Under the pieces are notes generated by a model. The model had not been told where the DNA came from and searched no databases. It worked only from the letters and a program-made list of their open reading frames with translations. Shown here one piece after another: positions 42,784 to 62,550 of a stretch of 64,000 nucleotides of DNA. Source of the DNA: the human T2T-CHM13v2.0 reference genome, Homo sapiens; NCBI RefSeq assembly GCF_009914755.1, contig NC_060935.1; one strand, 5' to 3'. How positions within the stretch are numbered: the stretch's first letter is position 1; each line of letters starts with the position of its first letter. Both the position numbers and the translations under genes were made by a program.

Positions 42784-43325
42784 TAAAGCAGCCTTGGCTG
42801 GGCACAGTGGCTCACACCTGTAATCTCAACACTTTGGGAGGCCAAGGCAGACAGATCACTTGAGGCCAGGAGTTTGAGACCAGCCTGAGTGACACAGTGA
42901 AACCACTTTCTTAACTAAAAATACAAGAAAAAAAAAAAAGCTACACCTAATTTTTTGAGACTCAAAAAGAGTCTCAAAAAGAAAAAAATTAAAGCAGCCT
43001 TAAATACGGGATAAATATTTGGTTGTGGTATATAATTTTTTATATATAATGCTTTTTATGTATAATTATTTTTATGTATTGATTCAGTTTTCCCATATTT
43101 TGTTGAGGATTTTTATATCTGTGTTCATGAGAGATACTGATTTGTACTTGCCTTGTAGTGTCCTTGTCTGATTTTGGTATTATGGTTATGCTGACCTCAT
43201 AGAATGAATTAGAAAGTATTCTGTCTGCGACTGCCGGGTGCAGTGGCTCACACTTGTAATCCCAGCACTTTGGGAGGCCGAGGCGGGTGGATCACAAGTT
43301 CAGGAGATCAAGACCATCCTGGCTA

Positions 43326-43571
<246 letters not shown>

Positions 43572-44265
43572 TTAGAGAATTGGTATTATTTTTTCCTTAA
43601 ATATTCAGTAGAATTCACCAGTGAACCCATGTGGGCCTAGTGCTTTCTATTTTAGAAGGTTATTATTCAAATTTTAAATTTATAGGCCCTTAAGATTATC
43701 TCTTTTTGTGTACATTTTGGCAGATTGTTTCTTTCAAGGAATTGTTCCATTTCATTTAGGTTATTAACATTTTGAGCATAGAATAGTTGATAATATTTCC
43801 TTATTCTTCTAATGCCCATGGTATCTGTAGTAATGTCATTTTTCATTTTTGGTATTGGAAATTTGTGTCTTCTCTCATTTCTCTTTCTCCTCAGCCTGGC
43901 TAGAGTTGCGCTGATTTTATTGTTGTTTCCTGAAAACCACCTTTTGTCTTTTTCTCTCTTGATTTCCTGTTTTCAGTTTCATTGATTTCTGCTCTAATTC
44001 TTCTTTTCTTATGCTTACTTTGGAATTAATTTGCTCTACTTTTTCTGGTTTCCTAAGATAGAAGATCAGATTATTGGTTTTGGATCTTCTTTTTTAGTGT
44101 ATTACTCAATGCTATAAATTTCCTTCTAGACACTGTTTTTGCTGTATCCCACAAGTTTTGATAAATTGTATTTTTCAAGGCCAGGTGCAATGGCTCATAC
44201 CTGTAATCCCAGCACTTTGGGAAGCTGAGGCGGGCGGATCACTTGAGGCCAGGAGTTTGAGATCA

Positions 44266-44485
<220 letters not shown>

Positions 44486-45406
44486 TTATTTAGTTAAAAA
44501 TACTTTCAACTTTCTCTTGAGATTTCTTTTTTGACTCCCATGTTATTTAGAAGTATATTATTTAATCTTCTGGTATTTGGGGATTTTTCAGTTATCTTTC
44601 TGTTATTGATTTCTAGTTTAATTTCATTGTGGTCTGAGAGTACATTGTATGATTTCTGTTATGTGTTTTAAGGCTCATAGTGTGGGCTCTCTTGGTGAAT
44701 GTTCTGTATGAACTTGAGAACTGTAATCTGCTGTTGTTGAAATAATGTATAGATGTCAATTATACCCAGTTGATTGATGGTGCTATTGAGTTCCATCATG
44801 TCCTTACTGATTTTCTACCTGCTGGATTTCACCATTTCTGATGGAGGGGTGTTGAAGTTTCCAACTATAATAGTAGATTCATCTATTCTCCCTTGCAGTT
44901 CTATCAGTTTTTGCCTCATGTATTTTGACACTGTTATTAGGCAAATACACATTAAGGATTGTTATGTCTTCTTGGAATATTTCTTCCTTTATCATTATGT
45001 AATACCTCTCTTTAGCCTTGATAACTTTTCTTGTTATGAAGCCTGCTCTATCTGCAATTAATACAGCTACTCTTGTTAACTTTTGATTAGAGTTAACATG
45101 ATATATCTTTTTCCATCCCTTTCTTTTTTTTTTAAACAGGGACTTGCTCTATAGCCCAGGCTGCAGTGCAGTGGCACAGTCATAGCTCAGTGTAACCTCC
45201 AAGTGTGTGCCACCACACCCAGCTAATTAAAAAAAATTTCTTTTTTGTAGAGATGGTGTCTCGCTGTGTTTCCCAGCCTGGTCTTGAGCTCCTGGGCTCA
45301 AGCAGTCCTCCTATCTCGGCCTCCCAAAGAGTTGGGATTATAGGTGTGAGCCCAGCCCCCCATTCCTTTACTTTTGATCTACGTGTGTCTTTATATTTAA
45401 AGTGGC

Positions 45407-45756
45407 TTTGTTTTCTTATTTTTGGTTTTTGTATTTTTATTGGGAGCTACAGGGGAACGGCTTCTTCCCTGTCAACGGAGGTGCTCACAATTTTCTCAGC
45501 CACTCCAAGCTTGGGCCCTAGAGCACCTGGGGGGTCCTGATGGTGGCTGGACACATCAGGCATGTTCTCATCATGTAGAAGGGGCACTGGGTAGTTGTAG
45601 GGTGTGTCCTGATTGATCATGATGGCCTACTTGGTGTAGGGGCTGAGTAGGGGCAGAATCACAGAAGCTGGTGATGGTTAAGGACACATTGGCTCAGGCA
45701 TTCTTGAGGAATGCAACAAGTCTCGCTGCCATCTTGATCTTGAAGGTGGCAACAGC
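45407..45756 (-). pseudogene. NDUFA3: NDUFA3 (complex I subunit B9) processed pseudogene, inserted in an old L1
   Basis: Minus strand ATG at 45732: MAARLVAFLKNA*...[43 protein letters not shown]...SLEWLRKL* (stop 45487-45485). Intronless, with two premature stops and indels. AATAAA at 45441-45436, then a decayed poly(A). Confidence 0.93.
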
Positions 45757-46383
45757 TAGGTTCCTTGTAGACAACATATAGTTGGGTCTTATTTTTTGAT
45801 ACATTCTGAAAATTGCTCTTTTAATAGGTGTATTTAGACCATTGACCTTTAATGTGATTATTGATATAGTTGTATTAATATCTGTGATATTTATTGCTGT
45901 TTTCCAGGTTTTGCCTTTTTTTTTTTTTGAGGCAGAGTCTGCCTCTGTTGCACAGGCTGGAATGCAATGGTGTGATCTCGGCTCACTACAAGCTCTGCCT
46001 CCTGGGTTCATGCCATTCTCCTGCCTCAGACTCCAGAGCAGCTGGGACTACAGGTGTCTGCCACCACGCCCGGCTAATTTTTTTGTATTTTTAGTAGAGA
46101 CGGGGTTTCACCATGTTAGCCAGGATGGTCTCGATCTCCTGACCTCATGATCCGCCCGCCTCGGCCTCCCAAATATTTTTTTGTTTGTGCTTTTGTCACA
46201 TACACTTTTTCTGCCTTTTTTGGTTTTAATTGATCATTTTATATGATTTCCATTTTTATCTTCTTTCTTAGCATATTTGTTAAACTTTTTTTAGCTTTTA
46301 AAGGGTTACACTGGAGTTTGCAACATATATTTGCAGTTAATCCATGTCCACTTTCAAATAACACTACAGAGGTAGTGCACATA

Positions 46384-46432
46384 CAGGTATTATACCTCGT
46401 TTTATTGTGGCTCACTTTCTTTCACTTTGCAG

Positions 46433-46474
<42 letters not shown>

Positions 46475-46760
46475 AATGAACAAATTGAAGGTTTATGGCA
46501 ACCCCGTATTTGCCAGGGTATCAGCGCCATTTTTCCAGTTGCATGTGCTCACTTCATTAGCATTTTTTTATTGGTAAAATACTTATAATTAAAGTCTGTG
46601 CTTTTTTTTTTTTAAGACATAATGGTATTGCACACTTAATAGTGTAAAAATAATGTTTGCATATGGGAAACCAATATATTCGTGTGACTTACTTTATTGT
46701 GACATTTGCTTTTTTGCGATAGTCTGGAACTGAACCTGTAATATCTCCAAGGTATGCCTT
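46384..46760. mobile_element. Internally deleted Tigger1 containing (TG)n at 46436-46470
   Basis: caggtattatacctcgttttattg...cactttgcagatactg...ggaactgaacctgtaatatctccaaggtatgcct termini. Confidence 0.82.
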
Positions 46761-48219
46761 TACCAGTAATAACAAATATTTCTGATTCCGCCTTCCTGTC
46801 TCATTGTTGCCATTCATTTTACTTATAAGCACGCATAAATACATAAGGAAGCATACTTAATCGAGTACATTGTTATTGTTATTATTTTGAACAAACTACT
46901 TTTAATTAAGAATAAGAAAAATCAATTTTTTTTGAATCTTCACTTAATTCCCTCTCCAGTCCTCTAATCTGTGTTTCCTACCTGGATCATTTTCCTTCTT
47001 TCTGAAATAATTTTGGCAACATAGGTTTCCTGGAAACAAATCCCCTCAATTTTGTTTGTCTCTTTCACTTTGAAGGATACTTTTTCAGGGTGCAGAATTC
47101 TAGGTTGGTGTTATTTTTCCCCCTCTCAGTGCTATAAATATTTCATTCTACTCTTTCCTGCTTGCATGGTTTCTAAGAAGTTAGATGTAATTCTTGCCTT
47201 TGCTACCCTGTAGGTAAGGTTCCCTCCCACCTTGATTTCTTTTAAGATTTTTTTTTGTTTTTGATTTTCTGACATTTGACTATGTTATTGCTCAGTGGTG
47301 TTTTTTTTTGGTGGGGGGTAAGTGGGGAGGTCATTGCTTGGCTTTTTATTGGCATTGTTTCCTGAACTTTCTGGATCTATGGTTTGGTGCCTGACAACAA
47401 TTTGGAAAAATCTCCGTCGTTATTACTTCAAATATTGCTTCTTTCCTCTTTTTTCCAGATATTACCATCACATATGTTATACCTTTTGTAGTTGTCCCAT
47501 AGTTCTTGGATATTTTCTGTTTTTTTTTTCTTTTGTATTTTTTTCTCTTTCCTTTTCAGTTACGGAAGTTTCTATTGTCATATCCTAATGCTCAGATTCT
47601 TTCTTCAGCCGTGTTTAGCCTACTGATAGATCCACAGAGGGATTCTTCATTTCTGTTACAGTGTCTTTTTCTCTAGCATTTCTAATTGGTTATTTCTTAG
47701 AATTTCCATCTCTCTGCTTATGTTATCTTTCTGTTCTTGCTTGTTGTCTGCCTTTTTCACTAAAGCCTTTAGCATATTAATCGTGTTTTTTACAAAATTG
47801 CTAGTGGCCGGGCATGGCCTGTAATCTTAGCACTTTGGGAGGCTGAGGCAGGCAGGTTGCTTGACTCAGGAATTTGAGACCAACCTGGTCAACTTGATGA
47901 AACCCCATCTCTACAAAAAGTACAAAAATTAGCTGGGCGTGGTGGCACACACCTGTAGTCCCAGCTACTTTTTGGGGCTGAGGCAGGAGGATCACTTGAG
48001 CCTAGGAAGTTGAGGCTGCAGTGAGCCTTGTTTGTGTCACTGCACTCCAGCCTGGGTGACAAAGCGAGATCCTGTCTCCAAAAAAAAAATTGCTGGTTTG
48101 GTAATTCTGCCATTGCAGCCATATTTGACTCTGGTTCTGATGCTTGTTCAGTGTCTTTATTAAAAATTTTTTTTTCAGAGTCTCAGTGTTTAAACCAGAA
48201 GGTTGTTAAGTGTCTTCAG

Positions 48220-48220
<1 letters not shown>

Positions 48221-48273
<53 letters not shown>
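48221..48273. repeat. (TG)n microsatellite at the tail of a reverse AluJ (48273-48544)
   Basis: About 26 TG units. Confidence 0.97.
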
Positions 48274-48276
<3 letters not shown>

Positions 48277-48544
48277 AGACAGAGTCTTGCTCTGTTGCCC
48301 AGGCTGGAGTGCAGTGGTGCAATCATCTTCTAGGTGCAAGGATCCTCCCACCTCAGCCTCCTGAGTAGCTAGGACTACAGTCAGACACCACTGTGCCCAG
48401 CTATTTTTTTAAAAATTTATTTTTTGTAGAGATGGGTGTTGCTGTGTTGCCCAGGCTGGTCCTGAACTTCTGGGCTCAAGCAGTCCTCCTACTTCAGCCT
48501 CCTAAAGTGTCGGGATTATAGGTGTGAGCCACCAGTCCCAGCCC

Positions 48545-49660
<1,116 letters not shown>

Positions 49661-50322
49661 CACCTCTTTTTGAGTGTTTATAGACATGAGCTGTACAGTG
49701 GTTTTCAAAGCATTGTTGGTTGCTTAAATCTTTCTGGCAGCAAAATCCAGGGAGGTTTTCTTTATAGAATTTACAAGGTCTGTGTTACTATATTTTCCTG
49801 GTTTTCTTCCTACCATTCTTGGCCTCTCTTAATTTTCTTCTGGGCCACTTTCACATTTTGTTCTCCAGCCTTTCTTATTTTCCACACTGTTTCTTGGGTG
49901 GTCTCCACTTTCATGGCTGAACTTACCAGGTATGTGCTAATGATGCTCATACCTACTTCTAACCCTGATTTTCTGTTGAGTTCCGGTGCTTACTGGGCAT
50001 TTCCACTTGTGCTCATTCTGCCCTCAAAGCAGTTATGACCCTGGATATGTAGGGTCTAAGTGCTAATGAGCCTGAATCCTGATACTTCCAAAGACTAGTT
50101 ATTTGCTCTCTGAGCTTCAGTTTCCTCGCTTACATATGGGAAGGATAACAGTTATTTTAAGGATTAAATGATAGTTCATGTAATGTTTATATTACAGTAT
50201 ACATTGGTGGTAGTTAACATGTCTAGCCATTATCACTATTATTCTTTGTATAAATAATTTCTCCCTCTATTTCATAAATTTTTAAAAATTGTCATGAGAT
50301 TATGTAATCAAAAGGTGCTGCC

Positions 50323-50652
50323 ATTTTTAATTTTTAATTTTTTAGAGACAGAGTCTTGCTTTGTCACCCAGGCTGGTGTGCAATGGTACGATCATAGCTT
50401 GTTGCAATTTTCAGCCCTGGGTTCAAAGTGATCCTCCTGCTACAGCCTCCCAGTAGCTAGGACAATAGGTGTGAGCCATCATGCTTGGGGTAAAAAAAAA
50501 AAACAAAACCATATATATATATATATATATATAAAATATATATACAAAAAAATACACACACACACAGAGACAGAGTAGAGATGCCCAGGGTGGTCTCAAA
50601 CTCCAGACCTCCCAAAGTACTGGATTACAGGCGTGAGCCACTGCACCTGGCC
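50323..50652 (-). mobile_element. Rearranged AluJ-like element
   Basis: Reverse Alu arms flank an A-rich/(TA)n/(CA)n middle. Confidence 0.75.
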
Positions 50653-50716
50653 AAGGTACTGTTATTTTTATTAATCTTGTATGTCATTATAGTACTCTTT
50701 TAAAACGCTAGTACCC

Positions 50717-51331
<615 letters not shown>

Positions 51332-52229
51332 GCTGGTACCTATACGCAAGTGTATCAGCAATAGATGAGTGGACCTGTTTCCCTATATTCCCCTTCTAGT
51401 GTTAGTTTTAATTATTTGTGATTTGTTTGGTGGTTCACTGGATATAAAGGAATACCTTATGGATTTTCATTAAGAAAATTAATGAAAAATTAATAAAAAG
51501 CTAAATATTAAATATTGGCTTGCATTTTGGTTTCTTCTTGACTGATTGCTTGATCACTGGGTTTCTATTTCTTTGGTTCCCACTAGGTATTGTATAAGCT
51601 TAAAAATTATCCTCTGGTATTTTGAGTTTACTCCCCCTTTTGAAAGGACTTTTTGTTTTAATCTCTGTACTTCATGTCATTGCTCCTCTATTGTCTGGAT
51701 CTTAACGGCCCCCCAGCCCCATTATTGAGAACTGTATTTACAGCAAGCCCCTTAAAAACAAATTTTATGTTTGTTTTTACAATATACAGTTAATTTCTTA
51801 GTGTCATCAGCTATAAATGGAGTTATGAGAAATAAGTGAAAATTGTTCAATAAATATTTCAGTGCCTGTGAAGTGCCAGGCTCAAAAATGTTTAAGAACT
51901 GCCTGGCACATATGAGATCCTCTGTAAAAGTAGTAGCCATTGTGATGTACCATAAAGTTTACTTTTCATAATTTGGGAGGCAGTAGCATGATGGAAATAG
52001 GGTGGCATTTGTGTGTTCTTCCCTAGCCACTTCCCTACTGTGTTACCTGGATCAGTTACTGTCTCTCCAGCTCAGATTATTTGTAAAAGATGATATAACT
52101 TACAATACAAGATTGTGAGGGTCAAATGCAAATGTGTGAATACATTTGGTAAAGCAAAGTACAGATGCTAAAACCCTTAAAAAACAATCTTTTCTTAGCA
52201 CCTTCCTTTGCAAATATAGATTGCATTAT

Positions 52230-54770
<2,541 letters not shown>

Positions 54771-56040
54771 GTTTTGATTGCCTCATTTTTAATGACTATT
54801 TCACTGGATAGATAAAAGAACCTTGGTTCAGATGAGATCATTGTTGTTTATTGTTGGATATTTAGGAACCATGTATTTGTGGATGACCTGGATAGTTTGT
54901 TCTGTGGTTTTCCCCACAGTGTCATCTTCCTCTATATTTAGACATTTCTTTTTCTATTATAAGCTCTTTGGACATTATTATATATGACTTTGTGCTCAGT
55001 ATAAACACCTTAGAATAAAAGAATAATTGGACCAAGGGGTATATAGATTTTAACACCTTTTTGTTATCAGTGGCCAGAAAAATTACCCCAGTTGCTATTT
55101 TACCAGCAGTTCCAGTCAGTTTTATGTTAATACATTTTAAAACTTGTTTTATTAGGGGTAAATTTGGACATGCAGAAATTGAACAGTATAATGAAACTAT
55201 CAGTTACCCAGCTCTAACAACCATACACTCAAGGCCAGTCTTGTCCCACTTAACTTCCCCATTTCCCACTTCTCTTCTATATTATTACTATTTAAAAACT
55301 CTATTGAATCACAATAGAAATACGGAAAAGTACATACAATAAGCAGATTTTCATAAGCTGAAATCCACCTGGGCAAGCAGCCATCACATGTCTCCTTGTG
55401 TCCACTTCCAGTCACACCCTCTCTAGGGGCAGCCGGTATTCTAACAGCTAACAGCACTGATTAGTTTTGCCCAGTTTTGTTTCTATTAAATAGAGTCTTA
55501 CAGTAGGTACTCTTGTGTCTTTCTCTTGGCATTGTTTGTAAAATTACTGAAGTCATTGCATACAGTTGATTATTTGTTACTGTTGCTTCACAAAATTTTG
55601 TCATATGAAATTGTTCTGTTGTTGATGGACATTGGATAGATGGTAGTTTTGGGCTGTTACAGATATTGCTGCTCTGAACATTCAGTTTGTATCTTTTGGT
55701 CAACAACATACGTATGCATTTCTGTTGTTCAGTATACCTAAGGGTGAAATTGCTAGGGCATAGAGGTATATGTATAGTAGTGGCATCTACTAAAGCTATT
55801 GTACCAAATTAGGCTTCCATCAGCAGTGTGTGAAAGTTCCACTTACTCTGGATCCTCTCCAGTATTTCATCCTTTTCATTTTAGCCATGCTGGTAGCTGT
55901 GTAGAGATGTCTTACTTAGGGCAATTTTAATTTACAGTAGTGAGGTCATACGTTTATTGGTCATTTGGATATCCTTTTTTATGAAACATATGTTTAAGCC
56001 TTTTTTTTTCTATTATCTTTTTTCTGTTTTTATTACCTTT

Positions 56041-56465
56041 CTATTTTTTGCTGCATAATAAATTATCCCCAAACGTAGTGGATTAAAACAGCAATAAACA
56101 TTATCTTGCAGTTTCTGGGAGTCAGAAACTTGGGAGTGGCATGGTTGTCTGCTTCTGGCTTGGGTGTGATTAGCCCTCTGAAGCCTTCATGGATCCGCTG
56201 GAGGATCTGTTCTAAGGTGGCTCATTTACATGCCTGGCAAGTAGGTTCTGGTTCTGGCTGTTGGTGGGAGACCTCAGGTCGTTTTCACATCGGCTTTTGC
56301 CAGGGATGTCTGAGTTTCCTGTTCTCAGGACATGGTGATAACTTCCCACTGAGAGAGTGATTCAAGAGAAAGAGCCCCTAAGTGGAAGCTATCATTTTTG
56401 TGACCTAGTCTTGGAAGTCACGTAGCATCTAGCTTTGCCATGTTCTGTTTGTTAGAAGAGAGGCA
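56041..56465. mobile_element. MLT1-type MaLR LTR
   Basis: gctgcataataaattatccccaaacgtagtggattaaaacagcaa...cagtttctgggagtcagaaacttggg...tgacctagtcttggaagtcac. Confidence 0.78.
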
Positions 56466-56487
56466 CATTGTGGACTTCTAAAAAAGT

Positions 56488-58524
<2,037 letters not shown>

Positions 58525-58762
58525 CTTCAAATTATTTCTTAAAATGCGTGTGTATCCAGAGTTTAAACTGAAAGAGTTGTTTTCTTAATTCCAACTGTAT
58601 TTTTAAAGTATCATTCAACTTCAAGTAATAATTAAATTTTTCATGTTTTGTTTATAAGTGAATGTATGTAAATGATACCAATTTTTGGCCACTAATTCAT
58701 TCAGCAGATACCTTGGGTGCCTACCCGGTGCCAGTCCTAGCGCTTCCTGTGCTTTGGTCATA

Positions 58763-58960
58763 CAGTAAGTCCTCACTTAACACCATTAACAGGTTCTTGG
58801 AAGCTGCAAACTTAAGCAAAATGACATAGAACTGAACCAGTTTTGTCTGCCTCATCAGTGTTATAATGGAATGGTGTTATTCAAGAACCTGCTGTATGTT
58901 GTTTTGCTTAAAGTCGCAGTTTGAAAAAACGTGTTGACACTATTAAGTGAGGACTTACTG
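58763..58960. mobile_element. MER6B-like TcMar-Tigger MITE
   Basis: Perfect 18-bp TIRs CAGTAAGTCCTCACTTAA / TTAAGTGAGGACTTACTG; internal gcttaaagtcgcagttt. Confidence 0.85.
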
Positions 58961-59016
58961 TGTACATGGTTAAAGATGATGGACATGGTGCTGGTACCCT
59001 CATGAAATGCTCAGGA

Positions 59017-59306
59017 CAGTGTTTCTACGAAAGACAATGCAGGCTATGTATGTAATCTTAAATTTTCTAATAGCCACATGAAGAAAGTAAAAAACGCATA
59101 AAATTAATTTTAATATGTTTTATACAACCCATTATGTCCAAAATATTATTTCAACATATAATCAGTAGGAAAATTGAGATGTTTTCACATTTTTATACTA
59201 AATCTTTGAAATCCATTGCATATTTTATACTCTTAGTACCTCTTAGATGAAACTAGTCATATTTCAAGTGCTCAAAAGCCGTATGTGGCCACCATAGTAC
59301 AGAGCA
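59017..59306. mobile_element. MER33 (hAT-Charlie)
   Basis: aaattttctaatagccacat...aaatattatttcaacat...catatttcaagtgctcaa. Confidence 0.85.
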
Positions 59307-59309
59307 TAT

Positions 59310-60650
59310 ATCAGAATTATTATCATTATTGTTCATGCTCACATGGGAGTTGCAGGGGGCGCTAACCAAGAACCCAAGTAAACAGTGGGTTGGAGGGGCC
59401 AGAGGAGACTGGGAGATGAATTAGGAAGCTGTGTCCAAAGGGTATCTTAAAAGATCTTTATGGATGAATGCACACTCCAGTTTACCTTATTCCAGGTTGT
59501 GGCAAAAGATGCAGAGAAGGGAAAGTGTAAGGCGGAACTGACAATGTTTTGGTGAATTGGATTGGAAGGGAAAAGAGGAGCCAGGGCTGTTTTCCAGGCT
59601 GCCTTTCACAACTAGGGTGTGCCTTTTACTGAGATGGGGAGGGCATGGTGAAGAGGAGGTTTGGTTGGATGGGCAGCTTGTGATGGAGAGCAAAAGCTCC
59701 ATTTTGGAGATTAAATACCATGTGCTTGTGAGATAACCAAAGGGAAATGTCTACTAGTCATTGGGTTACCTGTGTTTGAAATGCCATGATGGTTGTTTTG
59801 GTTTTATAAATTTGGACCTTAGTTGTGTTTATGGAGAGGAATTTTTGTTTGTTTGTTTTTGAGACGGAGTCTCACTCTGTTGCCCAGGCTGGAGTGCAGT
59901 GGTGTGATACTGGCTCACTACAACCTCCGCCTCCCAGGTTGAAGTGATTCTCCTGCCTCAGCCTCCCGAGTACCTGGGACTACAGGCGCACACCACCACG
60001 CCTGGCTAATTTTTGTATTTTTTAGTAGAGACAGGTTTCACCATATTGGACAGGCTGGTCTCAAACTCCTGACCTCGTGATCCGCCTGCCTCAGCCTCCC
60101 AAAGTGCTGGGATTACAGGCGTGAGCCACCGTGCCCGGCCTGGAGAAGAATATTTTAAAAACCCACGGAAACGGCTTCGTTTATTCAACAGAACTTGTCT
60201 TGAATCTCCCAGCGCTTTGTTTTAGTTGCTGGGGAAACAGCACAAATAAAACAAATGTGAATTTACTTCGAGCAAATGTGCTGCACTCAGGGAAGTGTGC
60301 TAGGTCCACAGCCTGACCTCTGTGGGAGCCTCTGTGTTATCAGTGGGACAGAAGAAGGAAGGAAGGAAGGAGAGGAGCAGCCCTCCAACTAGGGAGACTG
60401 AGAAATGGCCAGTGAGAAAACAACGAGTGTGTGACATCAGAGAAGCCAGGCGAGGAGAATGTTCTAATGAGGAGCGTCTTCTGGGGGACTGCCTTGCATG
60501 CTGCTGAGAGTGAGGTGTACGTGAGGACAGAAGAGTTTCATTTGGATTTAGCCTTGTCTGGAGGTTGTCAGTGACCTGAAAGAGCAGTTTGAGCTGAGTG
60601 GTAGAGAGATCGCAGATTGGAATGAGGTGAAGAGGGAATGCTATCAGACA
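59310..60650 (-). mobile_element. L2 remnants with an Alu (59843-60140 -)
   Basis: Purine-rich L2 body (gccttttactgagatgggga; gcagtttgagctgagtggtagag). Confidence 0.7.
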
Positions 60651-60669
60651 AATAACTTTTTCTTTTTTT

Positions 60670-61040
60670 AAAATAACCCCTACAAATCATTGAGAAGACC
60701 AACCCAGTAGAAAAGTAGACAAAGGATATAAACAGACAGTTGGCAGAAAAGTGAAGTATAAATGGTTCTTCAATATATGAACAGTGCCCATCCTCACTGA
60801 AGAGAAAAGCAAATGCATTGTTGACCAGGTGTGTGGAAACAGGCTTTCACACATCACTGGGGGAATATGGGTAGGGCTGACCTCCGTGGAGAGCCACTTG
60901 GCCATGTACCTCATTGGAGAGCCACTTGGCCACGTGCCTAATTAGAAGCGCACATTCTTTGATCCAGCAGATCCACTTCTGGAAATACTGGCATATTTTG
61001 TAATAGCAAAAAGTGAAAACTAAATGGTCATCAGTGGTGG
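60670..61040 (+). mobile_element. Old L1ME fragment containing a 28-bp tandem duplication (60887-60942)
   Basis: aacccagtagaaaagtagacaaaggatataaacagacagtt; tttgatccagcagatccacttctggaaat. Confidence 0.7.
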
Positions 61041-62472
61041 CCTGGTTAAATCAGCAGTAAAACAAAGGAATGTCTATATCAGGTAAAGCATTATATTCTT
61101 GAAGAAAGTAGAAATTGTTTTTTTTTTCTTACTATGCTCTAAGTCAGGTTCTTTGAGAGTTACTTTTTTTCATTAAAATTTTTCAAGATTGAGAAATATA
61201 CAGGTGGGTCTGGTATAGGCCACACAATGTATATAGAAAGGTGCCTTTGAAAAGAGCTGTGTAGAGCTTGTCCTTCTGCCCTGACCCTCTACTTTTTCAC
61301 GTTTCACTTAAGTCAGTAGGCTATATTCCTTTCTCCAGATACCTGTTAGGATTCTTTCGAGTGGATTCTTTCCTATTTCATATATGTACTGAGTTATACG
61401 CCATAGGAAAGGATATCTTACAATATCTTTATGGATGAATGCACACTTCAGTTTACCTTATTGCAGCTAAAAGTAAGTGTACCCCCTGTCAAGAGAGCAT
61501 CCCGTTTTACTTGGTTTGGCTCATTGACAAAGTAAGCAAGCTCCTGGTACAATTTGAGAGCCCTGAAAGCAGCAATGGGGATTCTACTATAGCTGTCTAG
61601 TGTAGGAAGATTTTCTTGGTCAAGTTTTTGTTGGGGGAAAGAACAGTCCAAACCTTTGTGAGCTGTGTGTTCTCATCCCAGCTACACGCACCTGACTGTA
61701 TAGAACTTTTTGCAGTTTGGCCTTCTTTGGAGATAGCAGTGTGTTTTTACGTGTGGACTAAAGCAAAAATGAAAAACTAGGCACGTGCCAGTAGACCAAA
61801 TCAGCCTCCTAGCAGAGCACATTGACATTGTACAACTTTACAGCCTCTGTCATTGGGGTCTGGTTTCAATTTACTTCATTTCTTAAGAGTTTAAACTGGT
61901 TTTTATAATTTTTCCTTATTTCTTTGAGTATCTTGGTTTCACTTATTTGTTCTTTTCTATGTCTTCTTAGATCTAAAGGAATGAAGAATTTTAGGATTTG
62001 AAGTGTCTTAAGTAATCATTTAGTCTAAACCTCTCATTTACAGATAAGAAAACAAGCTCAGAGAGATGTGGTGACTTGCTCAAATAGTGACAGAACTTCC
62101 TCGGCCATATGGAGGGGTCATATAATACCCTTGTGTCTTCAGTTTGAGGTACCTCCCATAATTTTAAGGGGTATGTGGCTTTAATTACATTACTACTGTT
62201 TGAATGAAGAATATTAATTTATATGCTGCACTAGTTCATTTAGAATCGTGGACACAATCGAGTTGAACTCTTACATTTTTTGGTTGAGAAAGTTAAGACC
62301 TAGAAGATGAGAATTTATTCATCTAAGATTACAGGCCATAAACATTTATTCTGTGCCTAGATTTTTAAAAATTGAATTATTGTTTTTTATTTATTTAGAG
62401 AGATAGGGTCTTGGTATGTGTGTGCTTAGTTTTAACGTGAGTCAGAGCAGTGCTGTCTAGTAGAACTTTGTA

Positions 62473-62550
62473 TTAGGTTGGTACAAAAGTAATTCCAGTT
62501 TTTGCAATAAAAAGTAATGGCAAAAACCTGATTACTTTTCACCAACCTAA
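62473..62550. mobile_element. MADE1 MITE (Hsmar1-derived), copy 1, nested in a MER3/MER33-like hAT relic
   Basis: TA|ttaggttggtacaaaagtaatt...attacttttcaccaacctaa|TA: TIRs plus TA TSD. Confidence 0.92.
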
